In this document: positions 53,189 to 64,000 of the stretch, in pieces
Layout of the letters: the number at the start of each line of letters is the position of its first letter
How positions within the stretch are numbered: position 1 is the stretch's first letter
Source of the DNA: the human T2T-CHM13v2.0 reference genome, Homo sapiens
Reading direction: 5' to 3' (one strand)
Length of the DNA: 64,000 bases
Assembly (NCBI RefSeq): GCF_009914755.1
Contig: NC_060948.1
Made by a program: the position numbers and the translations under genes
The notes under the pieces: generated by a model
The model's input: only the letters and a program-made list of their open reading frames with translations
What the model was told of the DNA's origin: nothing
Databases searched by the model: none

Positions 53189-56100
53189 CGAATGGCATCG
53201 AATGGAATGGAATGGAATGCAATGGAATGGAATGTATTAGAATGTAATGAACTTTAATGGAATGTACTCGAATGGATTCGACTGGAATGGAATGTTCTGG
53301 AAGTGAATGGACTCCAATGGAATGGATTCCAAAGGAATGGAATCGTACGGAATGGAATCTAATGGAATGGAATTAAATGGAAATGAATCAAATTGAATAG
53401 CACGGAATTGAATTGAATGGAATGGAATGCAATGGAATCTAATGAAACGGAAAGGAAAGGAATGGAATGGAATGGAATGGGCTGGAATGGAAAGGAATCG
53501 AAACGAATGCAATGGAATCGAACTGAAGAGACTGGAATGGAATGCACTGGAATGGAAGGGAGTGTAATGGAAGGTTCTCGAAAAAAATGGAATGGAATGG
53601 AATGGAATTGAATGGAACGGAATAGAGTCGAATGGAATTGAATGGAATGGAATGGACTAGAGTGAAATGGAATCGAACCACAAGGAATGGACAGGAATAG
53701 AATGGTCTCGAATTGAATGGAATCGTATGGAATGGCATCAAACGGAATGGAATGGACAGCCACGGAATGGAATGCACTCGAATGCAATGGAGTCGAAACT
53801 AATGGACTGGAATAGAATGGACTCGACTGGTACGGACTCCAATGGAATGGAATCGAATGGAAGGGAATCGAACGGAATGGACTCGAAGGGAAAAGACTGC
53901 AATGGAAAGGTCTCGAATGGAATGGAAATTAATGGAATGGAATGGAATCGAATGAAATGGAGTCAAAAGGAATGGAATCGAATGGCAAGAAATCGAATGT
54001 AATGGAATCGCAAGGAATTGATGTGAACGGAACGGAATGGAATGGAATCCAAAGGAATGGAATAGAATGGAATGGAATCGAATGGAAAGGACTCGAATGG
54101 AAATCACTCGAATAGAATGCAATTTAATAAAATAGGATCAAATGTAATGGAATGGAATGGAAAGGAATCGAAACGAAAGGAATGGAGACAGATGGAATGG
54201 AATGGAACAGAGAGCAATGGTATAGAATGGAATGGAATCATCTGGAATGGAATTGAATGGAATGGAATAATATGAAATGGAATGGAATGGAATGGAATGC
54301 CCTTGAATTAAATGGACTGGAATGGAATGGACTCGAACAGAGTGGAATGGAAAGTGTTGAGATAGAATGGAATGGACTCGTTTGGAATGGTCTAGTAGGC
54401 AATGCAATCGACTGGCAGGGAATCAAAAGGAATGTAATGGAATGGATTGGACTGGAATGCAATGGACTCGAATAGATTGGAAACGGAATGCAAAGGAATG
54501 GAATGGAATAGTATGGAATGGAATGGAAAGGAATGCAGTGGAATAGACTAGAGTGGAATGGAATGGACTGGAAAGCAATGGACTGGAATGGAACTTTATT
54601 GAATGGACTGGAATCAAACGGAATGGAATGCAATGCAATCAAATGGCATGGAATAAAATAGAATGAAAGAGAATCAAATGGAATTGAATCGAATGGAATC
54701 GAATGGATTGGAAAGGAATAGAATGGAATGGAATGGAATTGACTCAAATGGAATGGACTAGAATGGAATGGATTCGAATGGAAGGCAAAGGAATGGAATC
54801 TATTGGAATGGACTGTAATGGAATGGAATGGAAGGGATTGGAATGGACTCGAATGGAATGGACTGCAATAGAAAGGATTCGAATGGAATGAAAAAGAATT
54901 GAATGGAATAGAACAGAATGGAATCAAATCGAATGAAATGGAATGGAATAGAAAGGAATGGAATGAAATGGAATGGAAAGGATTCGAATGGAATGCAATC
55001 GAATGGAATGGAATCGAACGGAATGGAATAAAATGGAAGAAAACTGGCAAGAAATGGAATCGAAATGAATGGAGTGTTATGGAACGGACTCAAAAGGAAT
55101 TGAATGTAATAGAATGGAGTGGAGTGGACTCGAATATAATGGACTGGAATGGAATGAAATCACATGGAATGGGAACGAATGGAATGGAATGGAAAGGAAT
55201 GGAATCGAATGGAAAGGAATCGAATGGAAGGGAATGAAATTGAATCAACAGGAATGGAAGGGAATAGAATAGACGGTAATGGAATGGACTCGAATAGAAT
55301 GGACACGAATGCTCAAATTGAATGGACTCGAATGGAATGGAAACGAAAGGAATGTCATCGAATGGAATTGAATCGATTGGAATGAAATCGCATAGAATGG
55401 AGTGGAATCAAATGGAATTGAATCGAAAGGAAAGGAAGCGAATGGACTGAAATGAAATGGAATGGAATTGAATGGAAAGTAATGCAATGGAATAGAATGG
55501 AACGAAATTTCACGGAATGGAATCAAACTGAATGGAATCAAACCAATGGAATCAAATCAAATGGAATGGAAAGGAATTGAATGGAGTAGATTGGATTGGA
55601 TGGGATTGGAATGAAATGTACTGGAAAGGACTCGAATTTCATGAAACGGAATGGAATGAATTGGAACGGAACGGACTCGAATGGAATGGAATGTCATGGA
55701 ATGGCATCAAATGGAATGGCATCAAATGGAATGGAATCGAATGCAATGGAATGCTATGGAATGGAATGGAATGCATTTTAATGGAATGTCCTCTAATGGA
55801 ATGGATTCGAGTGGAATGGAATCGAATATAATGGAGTCGAATGAAATGGAATTGAAAGGAATGGGATCGAATACAATGGAATATACTGGAATGTAATGTA
55901 ATGAACTCGAATGTAATTGACTGGAATGGAATGTACATGAATGGAATGTAATCGAATGGAAAGTAATCCAATGGAATAGAATCTAATGCAATAAAATCGA
56001 CTCAGATAGAGTAGAATGTAATGGAATGGAGTGCAGTGCAATGGAATGGAATGGAATGCAATGGAATGGAATGGAATGGAATGGAATGGAATGGAATGGA

Positions 56101-56732
56101 ATGGTGTGGAATGGATAGTAATGGACTGGAGTGAAATGGACTGGAAAGGAATGGACTCAAATTGAATGGGCTCGAAAGGAATGGAGTCAAATGGAATGGT
56201 CTGGAATGGAATGAACACGAATGTAATGCAATCCAATAGAATGGAATCGAATGGCATGGAATATAAAGAAATGGAATCGAAGAGAATGGAAACAAATGGA
56301 ATGGAATTGAATGGAATGGAATTGAATGGAATGGGAAGGAATGGAGTGAAATTGTATGCAGTAGAAGAGAATAGAATGGAATGCAAGTGAAAGGAAAGGA
56401 ATGGATTGGAATGGAATGGAATTCATTGGAATGGAAGGGAATGTAGTGTAATGGACAGGCCTGGAATAAAGTGGAATGCTACGGTCTCGAATGGTATAAA
56501 AATGTATGGAATGGAATGCAATGAAACGGAATCGAATGTCATAGAATGTAATGGAATGCAAAAAAATGGAATCCAAAATCATTGACTGGAAAGGCTGGGT
56601 GTCGAAAGGAATTGACTCCAATGGAATGGAATCGAATGGAATGGAAGTGAATAGAATCGAACTAAATCGAATGGAATGGAATTGATAGGAACGGAATGGA
56701 AAGGAATGCAATGATTTGGCATGGAATGGAAT
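53189..56732 (+). repeat. Unit 16 (3544 bp), sub-family A, copy of unit 2
   Basis: Offset 53359->56903. ORF set identical to unit 2 at +49669. Confidence 0.9.
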
Positions 56733-59700
56733 CGAATGGCATCGAATGGAATGGAATGGAATGCAATGGAATGGAATGTATTAGAATGTAATGAACTTTA
56801 ATGGAATGTACTCGAATGGATTCGACTGGAATGGAATGTTCTGGAAGTGAATGGACTCCAATGGAATGGATTCCAAAGGAATGGAATCGTACGGAATGGA
56901 ATCTAATGGAATGGAATTAAATGGAAATGAATCAAATTGAATAGCACGGAATTGAATTGAATGGAATGGAATGCAATGGAATCTAATGAAACGGAAAGGA
57001 AAGGAATGGAATGGAATGGAATGGGCTGGAATGGAAAGGAATCGAAACGAATGCAATGGAATCGAACTGAAGAGACTGGAATGGAATGCACTGGAATGGA
57101 AGGGAGTGTAATGGAAGGTTCTCGAAAAAAATGGAATGGAATGGAATGGAATTGAATGGAACGGAATAGAGTCGAATGGAATTGAATGGAATGGAATGGA
57201 CTAGAGTGAAATGGAATCGAACCACAAGGAATGGACAGGAATAGAATGGTCTCGAATTGAATGGAATCGTATGGAATGGCATCAAACGGAATGGAATGGA
57301 CAGCCACGGAATGGAATGCACTCGAATGCAATGGAGTCGAAACTAATGGACTGGAATAGAATGGACTCGACTGGTACGGACTCCAATGGAATGGAATCGA
57401 ATGGAAGGGAATCGAACGGAATGGACTCGAAGGGAAAAGACTGCAATGGAAAGGTCTCGAATGGAATGGAAATTAATGGAATGGAATGGAATCGAATGAA
57501 ATGGAGTCAAAAGGAATGGAATCGAATGGCAAGAAATCGAATGTAATGGAATCGCAAGGAATTGATGTGAACGGAACGGAATGGAATGGAATCCAAAGGA
57601 ATGGAATAGAATGGAATGGAATCGAATGGAAAGGACTCGAATGGAAATCACTCGAATAGAATGCAATTTAATAAAATAGGATCAAATGTAATTGAATAGA
57701 ATGGAAAGGAATCGAAACGAAAGGAATGGAGACAGATGGAATGGAATGGAACAGAGAGCAATGGTATAGAATGGAATGGAATCATCTGGAATGGAATTGA
57801 ATGGAATGGAATAATATGAAATGGAATGGAATGGAATGGAATGCCCTTGAATTAAATGGACTGGAATGGAATGGACTCGAACAGAGTGGAATGGAAAGTG
57901 TTGAGATAGAATGGAATGGACTCGTTTGGAATGGTCTAGTAGGCAATGCAATCGACTGGCAGGGAATCAAAAGGAATGTAATGGAATGGATTGGACTGGA
58001 ATGCAATGGACTCGAATAGATTGGAAACGGAATGCAAAGGAATGGAATGGAATAGTATGGAATGGAATGGAAAGGAATGCAGTGGAATAGACTAGAGTGG
58101 AATGGAATGGACTGGAAAGCAATGGACTGGAATGGAACTTTATTGAATGGACTGGAATCAAACGGAATGGAATGCAATGCAATCAAATGGCATGGAATAA
58201 AATAGAATGAAAGAGAATCAAATGGAATTGAATCGAATGGAATCGAATGGATTGGAAAGGAATAGAATGGAATGGAATGGAATTGACTCAAATGGAATGG
58301 ACTAGAATGGAATGGATTCGAATGGAAGGCAAAGGAATGGAATCTATTGGAATGGACTGTAATGGAATGGAATGGAAGGGATTGGAATGGACTCGAATGG
58401 AATGGACTGCAATAGAAAGGATTCGAATGGAATGAAAAAGAATTGAATGGAATAGAACAGAATGGAATCAAATCGAATGAAATGGAATGGAATAGAAAGG
58501 AATGGAATGAAATGGAATGGAAAGGATTCGAATGGAATGCAATCGAATGGAATGGAATCGAACGGAATGGAATAAAATGGAAGAAAACTGGCAAGAAATG
58601 GAATCGAAATGAATGGAGTGTTATGGAACGGACTCAAAAGGAATTGAATGTAATAGAATGGAGTGGAGTGGACTCGAATATAATGGACTGGAATGGAATG
58701 AAATCACATGGAATGGGAACGAATGGAATGGAATGGAAAGGAATGGAATCGAATGGAAAGGAATCGAATGGAAGGGAATGAAATTGAATCAACAGGAATG
58801 GAAGGGAATAGAATAGACGGTAATGGAATGGACTCGAATAGAATGGACACGAATGCTCAAATTGAATGGACTCGAATGGAATGGAAACGAAAGGAATGTC
58901 ATCGAATGGAATTGAATCGATTGGAATGAAATCGCATAGAATGGAGTGGAATCAAATGGAATTGAATCGAAAGGAAAGGAAGCGAATGGACTGAAATGAA
59001 ATGGAATGGAATTGAATGGAAAGTAATGCAATGGAATAGAATGGAACGAAATTTCACGGAATGGAATCAAACTGAATGGAATCAAACCAATGGAATCAAA
59101 TCAAATGGAATGGAAAGGAATTGAATGGAGTAGATTGGATTGGATGGGATTGGAATGAAATGTACTGGAAAGGACTCGAATTTCATGAAACGGAATGGAA
59201 TGAATTGGAACGGAACGGACTCGAATGGAATGGAATGTCATGGAATGGCATCAAATGGAATGGCATCAAATGGAATGGAATCGAATGCAATGGAATGCTA
59301 TGGAATGGAATGGAATGCATTTTAATGGAATGTCCTCTAATGGAATGGATTCGAGTGGAATGGAATCGAATATAATGGAGTCGAATGAAATGGAATTGAA
59401 AGGAATGGGATCGAATACAATGGAATATACTGGAATGTAATGTAATGAACTCGAATGTAATTGACTGGAATGGAATGTACATGAATGGAATGTAATCGAA
59501 TGGAAAGTAATCCAATGGAATAGAATCTAATGCAATAAAATCGACTCAGATAGAGTAGAATGTAATGGAATGGAGTGCAGTGCAATGGAATCGAATGGAA
59601 TGGAATGCAATGGAATGGAATGGAATGGAATGGAATGGAATGGAATGGTGTGGAATGGATAGTAATGGACTGGAGTGAAATGGACTGGAAAGGAATGGAC

Positions 59701-60276
59701 TCAAATTGAATGGGCTCGAAAGGAATGGAGTCAAATGGAATGGTCTGGAATGGAATGAACACGAATGTAATGCAATCCAATAGAATGGAATCGAATGGCA
59801 TGGAATATAAAGAAATGGAATCGAAGAGAATGGAAACAAATGGAATGGAATTGAGTGGAATGGAATTGAATGGAATGGGAACGAATGGAGTGAAATTGTA
59901 TGCAGTAGAAGAGAATAGAATGGAATGCAAGCGAAAGGAAAGGAATGGATTGGAATGGAATGGAATTCATTGGAATGGAAGGGAATGTAGTGTAATGGAC
60001 AGGCCTGGAATAAAGTGGAATGCTACGGTCTCGAATGGAATAAAAATGTATGGAATGGAATGCAATGAAACGGAATCGAATGTCATAGAATGTAATGGAA
60101 TGCAAAAAAATGGAATCCAAAATCATTGACTGGAAAGGCTGGGTGTCGAAAGGAATTGACTCCAATGGAATGGAATCGAATGGAATGGAAGTGAATAGAA
60201 TCGAACTAAATCGAATGGAATGGAATTGATAGCAACGGAATGGAAAGGAATGCAATGATTTGGCATGGAATGGAAT
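56733..60276 (+). repeat. Unit 17 (3544 bp), copy of unit 3
   Basis: Offset 56903->60447. Shares TGAGTGG and GATAGCAAC with unit 3. Confidence 0.9.
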
Positions 60277-63200
60277 CGAATGGCATCGAATGGAATGGAA
60301 TGGAATGCAATGGAATGGAATGTATTAGAATGTAATGAACTTTAATGGAATGTACTCGAATGGATTCGACTGGAATGGAATGTTCTGGAAGTGAATGGAC
60401 TCCAATGGAATGGATTCCAAAGGAATGGAATCGTACGGAATGGAATCTAATGGAATGGAATTAAATGGAAATGAATCAAATTGAATAGCACGGAATTGAA
60501 TTGAATGGAATGGAATGCAATGGAATCTAATGAAACGGAAAGGAAAGGAATGGAATGGAATGGAATGGGCTGGAATGGAAAGGAATCGAAACGAATGGAA
60601 TGGAATCGAACTGAAGAGACTGGAATGGAATGCACTGGAATGGAAGGGAGTGTAATGGAAGGTTCTCGAAAAAAATGGAATGGAATGGAATGGAATTGAA
60701 TGGAACGGAATAGAGTCGAATGGAATTGAATGGAATGGAATGGACTAGAGTGAAATGGAATCGAACCACAAGGAATGGACAGGAATAGAATGGTCTCGAA
60801 TTGAATGGAATCGTATGGAATGGCATCAAACGGAATGGAATGGACAGCCACGGAATAGAATGCACTCGAATGCAATGGAGTCGAAACTAATGGACTGGAA
60901 TAGAATGGACTCGACTGGTACGGACTCCAATGGAATGGAATCGAATGGAAGGGAATCGAACGGAATGGACTCGAAGGGACAAGACTGCAATGGAAAGGTC
61001 TCGAATGGAATGGAAATTAATGGAATGGAATGGAATCGAATGAAATGGAGTCAAAATGAATGGAATCGAATGGCAAGAAATCGAATGTAATGGAATCGCA
61101 AGGAATTGATGTGAACGGAACGGAATGGAATGGAATCCAAAGGAATGGAATAGAATGGAATGGAATCGAATGGAAAGGACTCGAATGGAAATCACTCGAA
61201 TAGAATGCAATTTAATAAAATAGGATCAAATGTAATGGAATGGAATGGAAAGGAATCGAAACGAAAGGAATGGAGACAGATGGAATGGAATGGAACAGAG
61301 AGCAATGGTATAGAATGGAATGGAATCATCTGGAATGGAATTGAATGGAATGGAATAATATGAAATGGAATGGAATGGAATGGAATGGAATGCCCTTGAA
61401 TTAAATGGACTGGAATGGAATGGACTCGAACAGAGTGGAATGGAAAGTGTTGAGATAGAATGGAATGGACTCCTTTGGAATGGTCTAGTAGGCAATGCAA
61501 TCGACTGGTAGGGAATCAAAAGGAATGTAATCGAATGGATTGGACTGGAATGCAATGGACTCGAATAGATTGGAAACGGAATGCAAAGGAATGGAATGGA
61601 ATAGTATGGAATGGAATGGAAAGGAATGGAGTGGAATAGACTAGAGTGGAATGGAATGGACTGGAAAGCAATGGACTGGAATGGAACTTTCTTGAATGGA
61701 CTGGAATCAAACGGAATGGAATGCAATGCAATCAAATGGCATGGAATAAAATAGAATGAAAGAGAATCAAATGGAATTGAATCGAATGGAATCGAATGGA
61801 TTGGAAAGGAATAGAATGGAATGGAATGGAATTGACTCAAATGGAATGGACTAGAATGGAATGGATTCGAATGGAAGGCAAAGGAATGGAATCTATTGGA
61901 ATGGACTGGAATGGAATGGAATGGAAGGGATTGGAATGGACTCGAATGGAATGGACTGCAATAGAAAGGATTCGAATGGAATGAAAAAGAATTGAATGGA
62001 ATAGAACAGAATGGAATCAAATCGAATGAAATGGAATGGAATAGAAAGGAATGGAATGAAATGGAATGGAAAGGATTCGAATGGAATGCAATCGAATGGA
62101 ATGGAATCGAACGGAATGGAATAAAATGGAAGAAAACTGGCAAGAAATGGAATCGAAATGAATGGAGTGTTATGGAACGGACTCAAAAGGAATTGAATGT
62201 AATAGAATGGAGTGGAGTGGACTCGAATATAATGGACTGGAATGGAATGAAATCACATGGAATGGGAACGAATGGAATGGAATGGAAAGGAATGGAATCG
62301 AATGGAAAGGAATCGAATGGAAGGGAATGAAATTGAATCAACAGGAATGGAAGGGAATAGAATAGACGGTAATGGAATGGACTCGAATAGAATGGACACG
62401 AATGCTCAAATTGAATGGACTCGAATGGAATGGAAACGAAAGGAATGTCATCGAATGGAATTGAATCGATAGGAATGAAATCGCATAGAATGGAGTGGAA
62501 TCAAATGGAATTGAATCGAAAGGAAAGGAAGCGAATGGACTGAAATGAAATGGAATGGAATTGAATGGAAAGTAATGCAATGGAATAGAATGGAACGAAA
62601 TTTCACGGAATGGAATCAAACTGAATGGAATCAAACTGAATGGAATCAAATCAATGGAATCCAATCAAATAGAATGGAGTAGATTGGATTGGATGGGATT
62701 GGAATGAAATGTACTGGAAAGGACTCGAATTTCATGAAACGGAATGGAATGAATTGGAACGGAATGGACTCGAATGGAATGGAATGTCATAGAATGGCAT
62801 CAAATGGAATGGCATCAAATGGAATGGAATCGAATGCAATGGAATGCTATGGAATGGAATGGAATGCATTGGAATGGAATGTCCTCTAATGGAATGGATT
62901 CGAGTGGAATGGAATCGAATATAATGGAGTCGAATGAAATGGAATTGAAAGGAATGGGATCGAATACAATGGAATATACTGGAATGTAACGTAATGAACT
63001 CGAATGTAATTGACTGGAATGGAATGTACATGAATGGAATGTAATCGAATGGAAAGTAATCCAATGGAATAGAATCTAATGCAATAAAATCGACTCAGAT
63101 AGAGTAGAATGTAATGGAATGGAGTGCAGTGCAATGGAATGGAATGGAATGGAATGCAATGGAATGGAATGGAATGGAATGGAATGGAATGGAATGGGAT

Positions 63201-63835
63201 GGAATGGTATGGAATGGATGGTAATGGACTGGAGTGAAATGGACTGGAAAGGAATGGACTCAAATTGAAAGGGCTGGAAAGGAATGGAGTCAAATGGAAT
63301 GGTCTGGAATGGAATGAACACGAAAGTAATGCAATCCAATAGAATGGAATCGAATGGCATGGAATATAATGAAATGGAATCGAAGAGAATGGAAACAAAT
63401 GGAATGGAATTGAATGGAATGGAATTGAATGGAATGGGAACGAATGGAGTGAAATTGTATGCAGTAGAAGGGAATAGAATGGAATGCAAGCGAAAGGAAA
63501 GGAATGGATTGGAATGGAATGGAATTCATTGGAATGGAAGGGAATGTAGTGTAATGGACAGGCCTGGAATAAAGTGGAATGCTACGGTCTCGAATGGAAT
63601 AAAAATGTATGGAATGGAATGCAATGAAACGGAATCGAATGTCATAGAATGTAATGGAATGCAACAAAATGGAATCCAAAATCATTGACTGGAAAGGCTG
63701 GGTGTCGAAAGGAATTCACTCCAATGGAATGGAATCGAATGGAATGGAAGTGAATAGAATCAAACTAAATCGAATGGAATGGAATTGATAGGAACGGAAT
63801 GGAAAGGAATGCAATGATTTGGCACGGAATGGAAT
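60277..63835 (+). repeat. Unit 18 (3559 bp), unit 4 / unit 5 hybrid
   Basis: Unit-4 markers up to ~62471 and unit-5 markers from ~62660. Confidence 0.88.
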
Positions 63836-64000
63836 CGAATGGCATCGAACGGAATGGAATGGAATGCAATTGAATGGAACGTATTAGAATGGAATGAACT
63901 TTAATGGAATGTACTCGAATGGATTCGACTGGAATGGAATGTTCTGGAAGTGAATGGACTCCAATGGAATGGATTCAAAAGGAATGGAATCGTACGGAAT
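63836..64000 (+). repeat. Start of unit 19 (partial), unit-6-like
   Basis: GGCATCGAAC, GCAATTGAATGGAACGTATTAGAATGGAATGAAC as at 17711-17770. Confidence 0.85.

Larger units (their letters stand above)
1..64000 (+). repeat. DYZ1: Human satellite III (HSat3) tandem array, DYZ1-type ~3.56 kb repeat; (GGAAT)n on the + strand, (CATTC)n on the - strand
   Basis: Seen: continuous degenerate GGAAT pentamers (variants CGAAT, TGAAT, GGACT, GCAAT, AGAAT). Landmarks (CGTACGG, ACAGCCACGG, GCTGGGTGTCG, GACAGGCCTGG) recur every 3519-3569 bp, with one conserved GAATTC and one AGGCCT per unit. Knowledge: DYZ1 is a ~3.56 kb pentamer-based unit classically released by HaeIII or EcoRI. Not confirmed by alignment. 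Confidence 0.93.

Noticed and set aside
171-63688. Hundreds of ORFs of 60-305 aa (MEWNG- and FHSIP-rich), e.g. 11557-12474 on the - strand
   Set aside because: A 5-bp repeat translates to a 5-aa cycle with no stop codons. The ORFs overlap in several frames on both strands, recur with each unit, show no recognisable domain, and are freely broken by 5-bp indels.
1-64000. CRISPR-like array or other repeat-spacer system
   Set aside because: There are no unique spacers or adjacent genes; the entire 3.5 kb unit is repeated.
1-64000. HSat2, alpha satellite, DYZ2/Alu blocks, inversions or inserted mobile elements
   Set aside because: I saw no GAATCATC-dominated HSat2 pattern, no 171-bp monomer, no AT-rich or Alu segment and no strand switch. 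Unit spacing leaves no room for an insertion.
1-64000. Dense TCGA/CpG as a CpG island or promoter
   Set aside because: It results from the common CGAAT variant in an AT-rich satellite, with no GC-rich island.
1-64000. A strict 14-unit higher-order repeat covering the whole window
   Set aside because: Only ~10-11 kb plus ~1.4 kb match at long range, and the offset changes from 14 to 13 units. The window is too short to show a regular super-period.

Overview
The whole 64 kb window is one uninterrupted, single-orientation tandem array of degenerate (GGAAT)n pentamers. It is organised into 18 complete ~3.52-3.57 kb units plus the start of a 19th. The pentamer, the ~3.56 kb unit and the single conserved EcoRI and HaeIII/StuI site per unit match human satellite III of the DYZ1 type (Yq12 heterochromatin). 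This assignment comes from recognition, not a database search. I see no credible protein-coding genes, RNA genes, transposons or CRISPR arrays; all ORFs are artefacts of a nearly stop-free pentamer. The information lies in the variants: (i) a ~10-11 kb block recurs 49,669 bp (14 units) downstream and then skips one unit at a junction carrying a 15-bp duplication; (ii) there are local one-unit duplications and chimeric units; (iii) indels are strongly biased to 15 bp, and four pentamer phase breaks are fixed in every unit; (iv) each unit has three in-phase inverted pentamers that create perfect heat-shock elements, one of which is lost in a sub-family of units. I found no convincing evidence of a new gene system. 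All comparisons were made by eye and from ORF-track offsets, so breakpoints are approximate.
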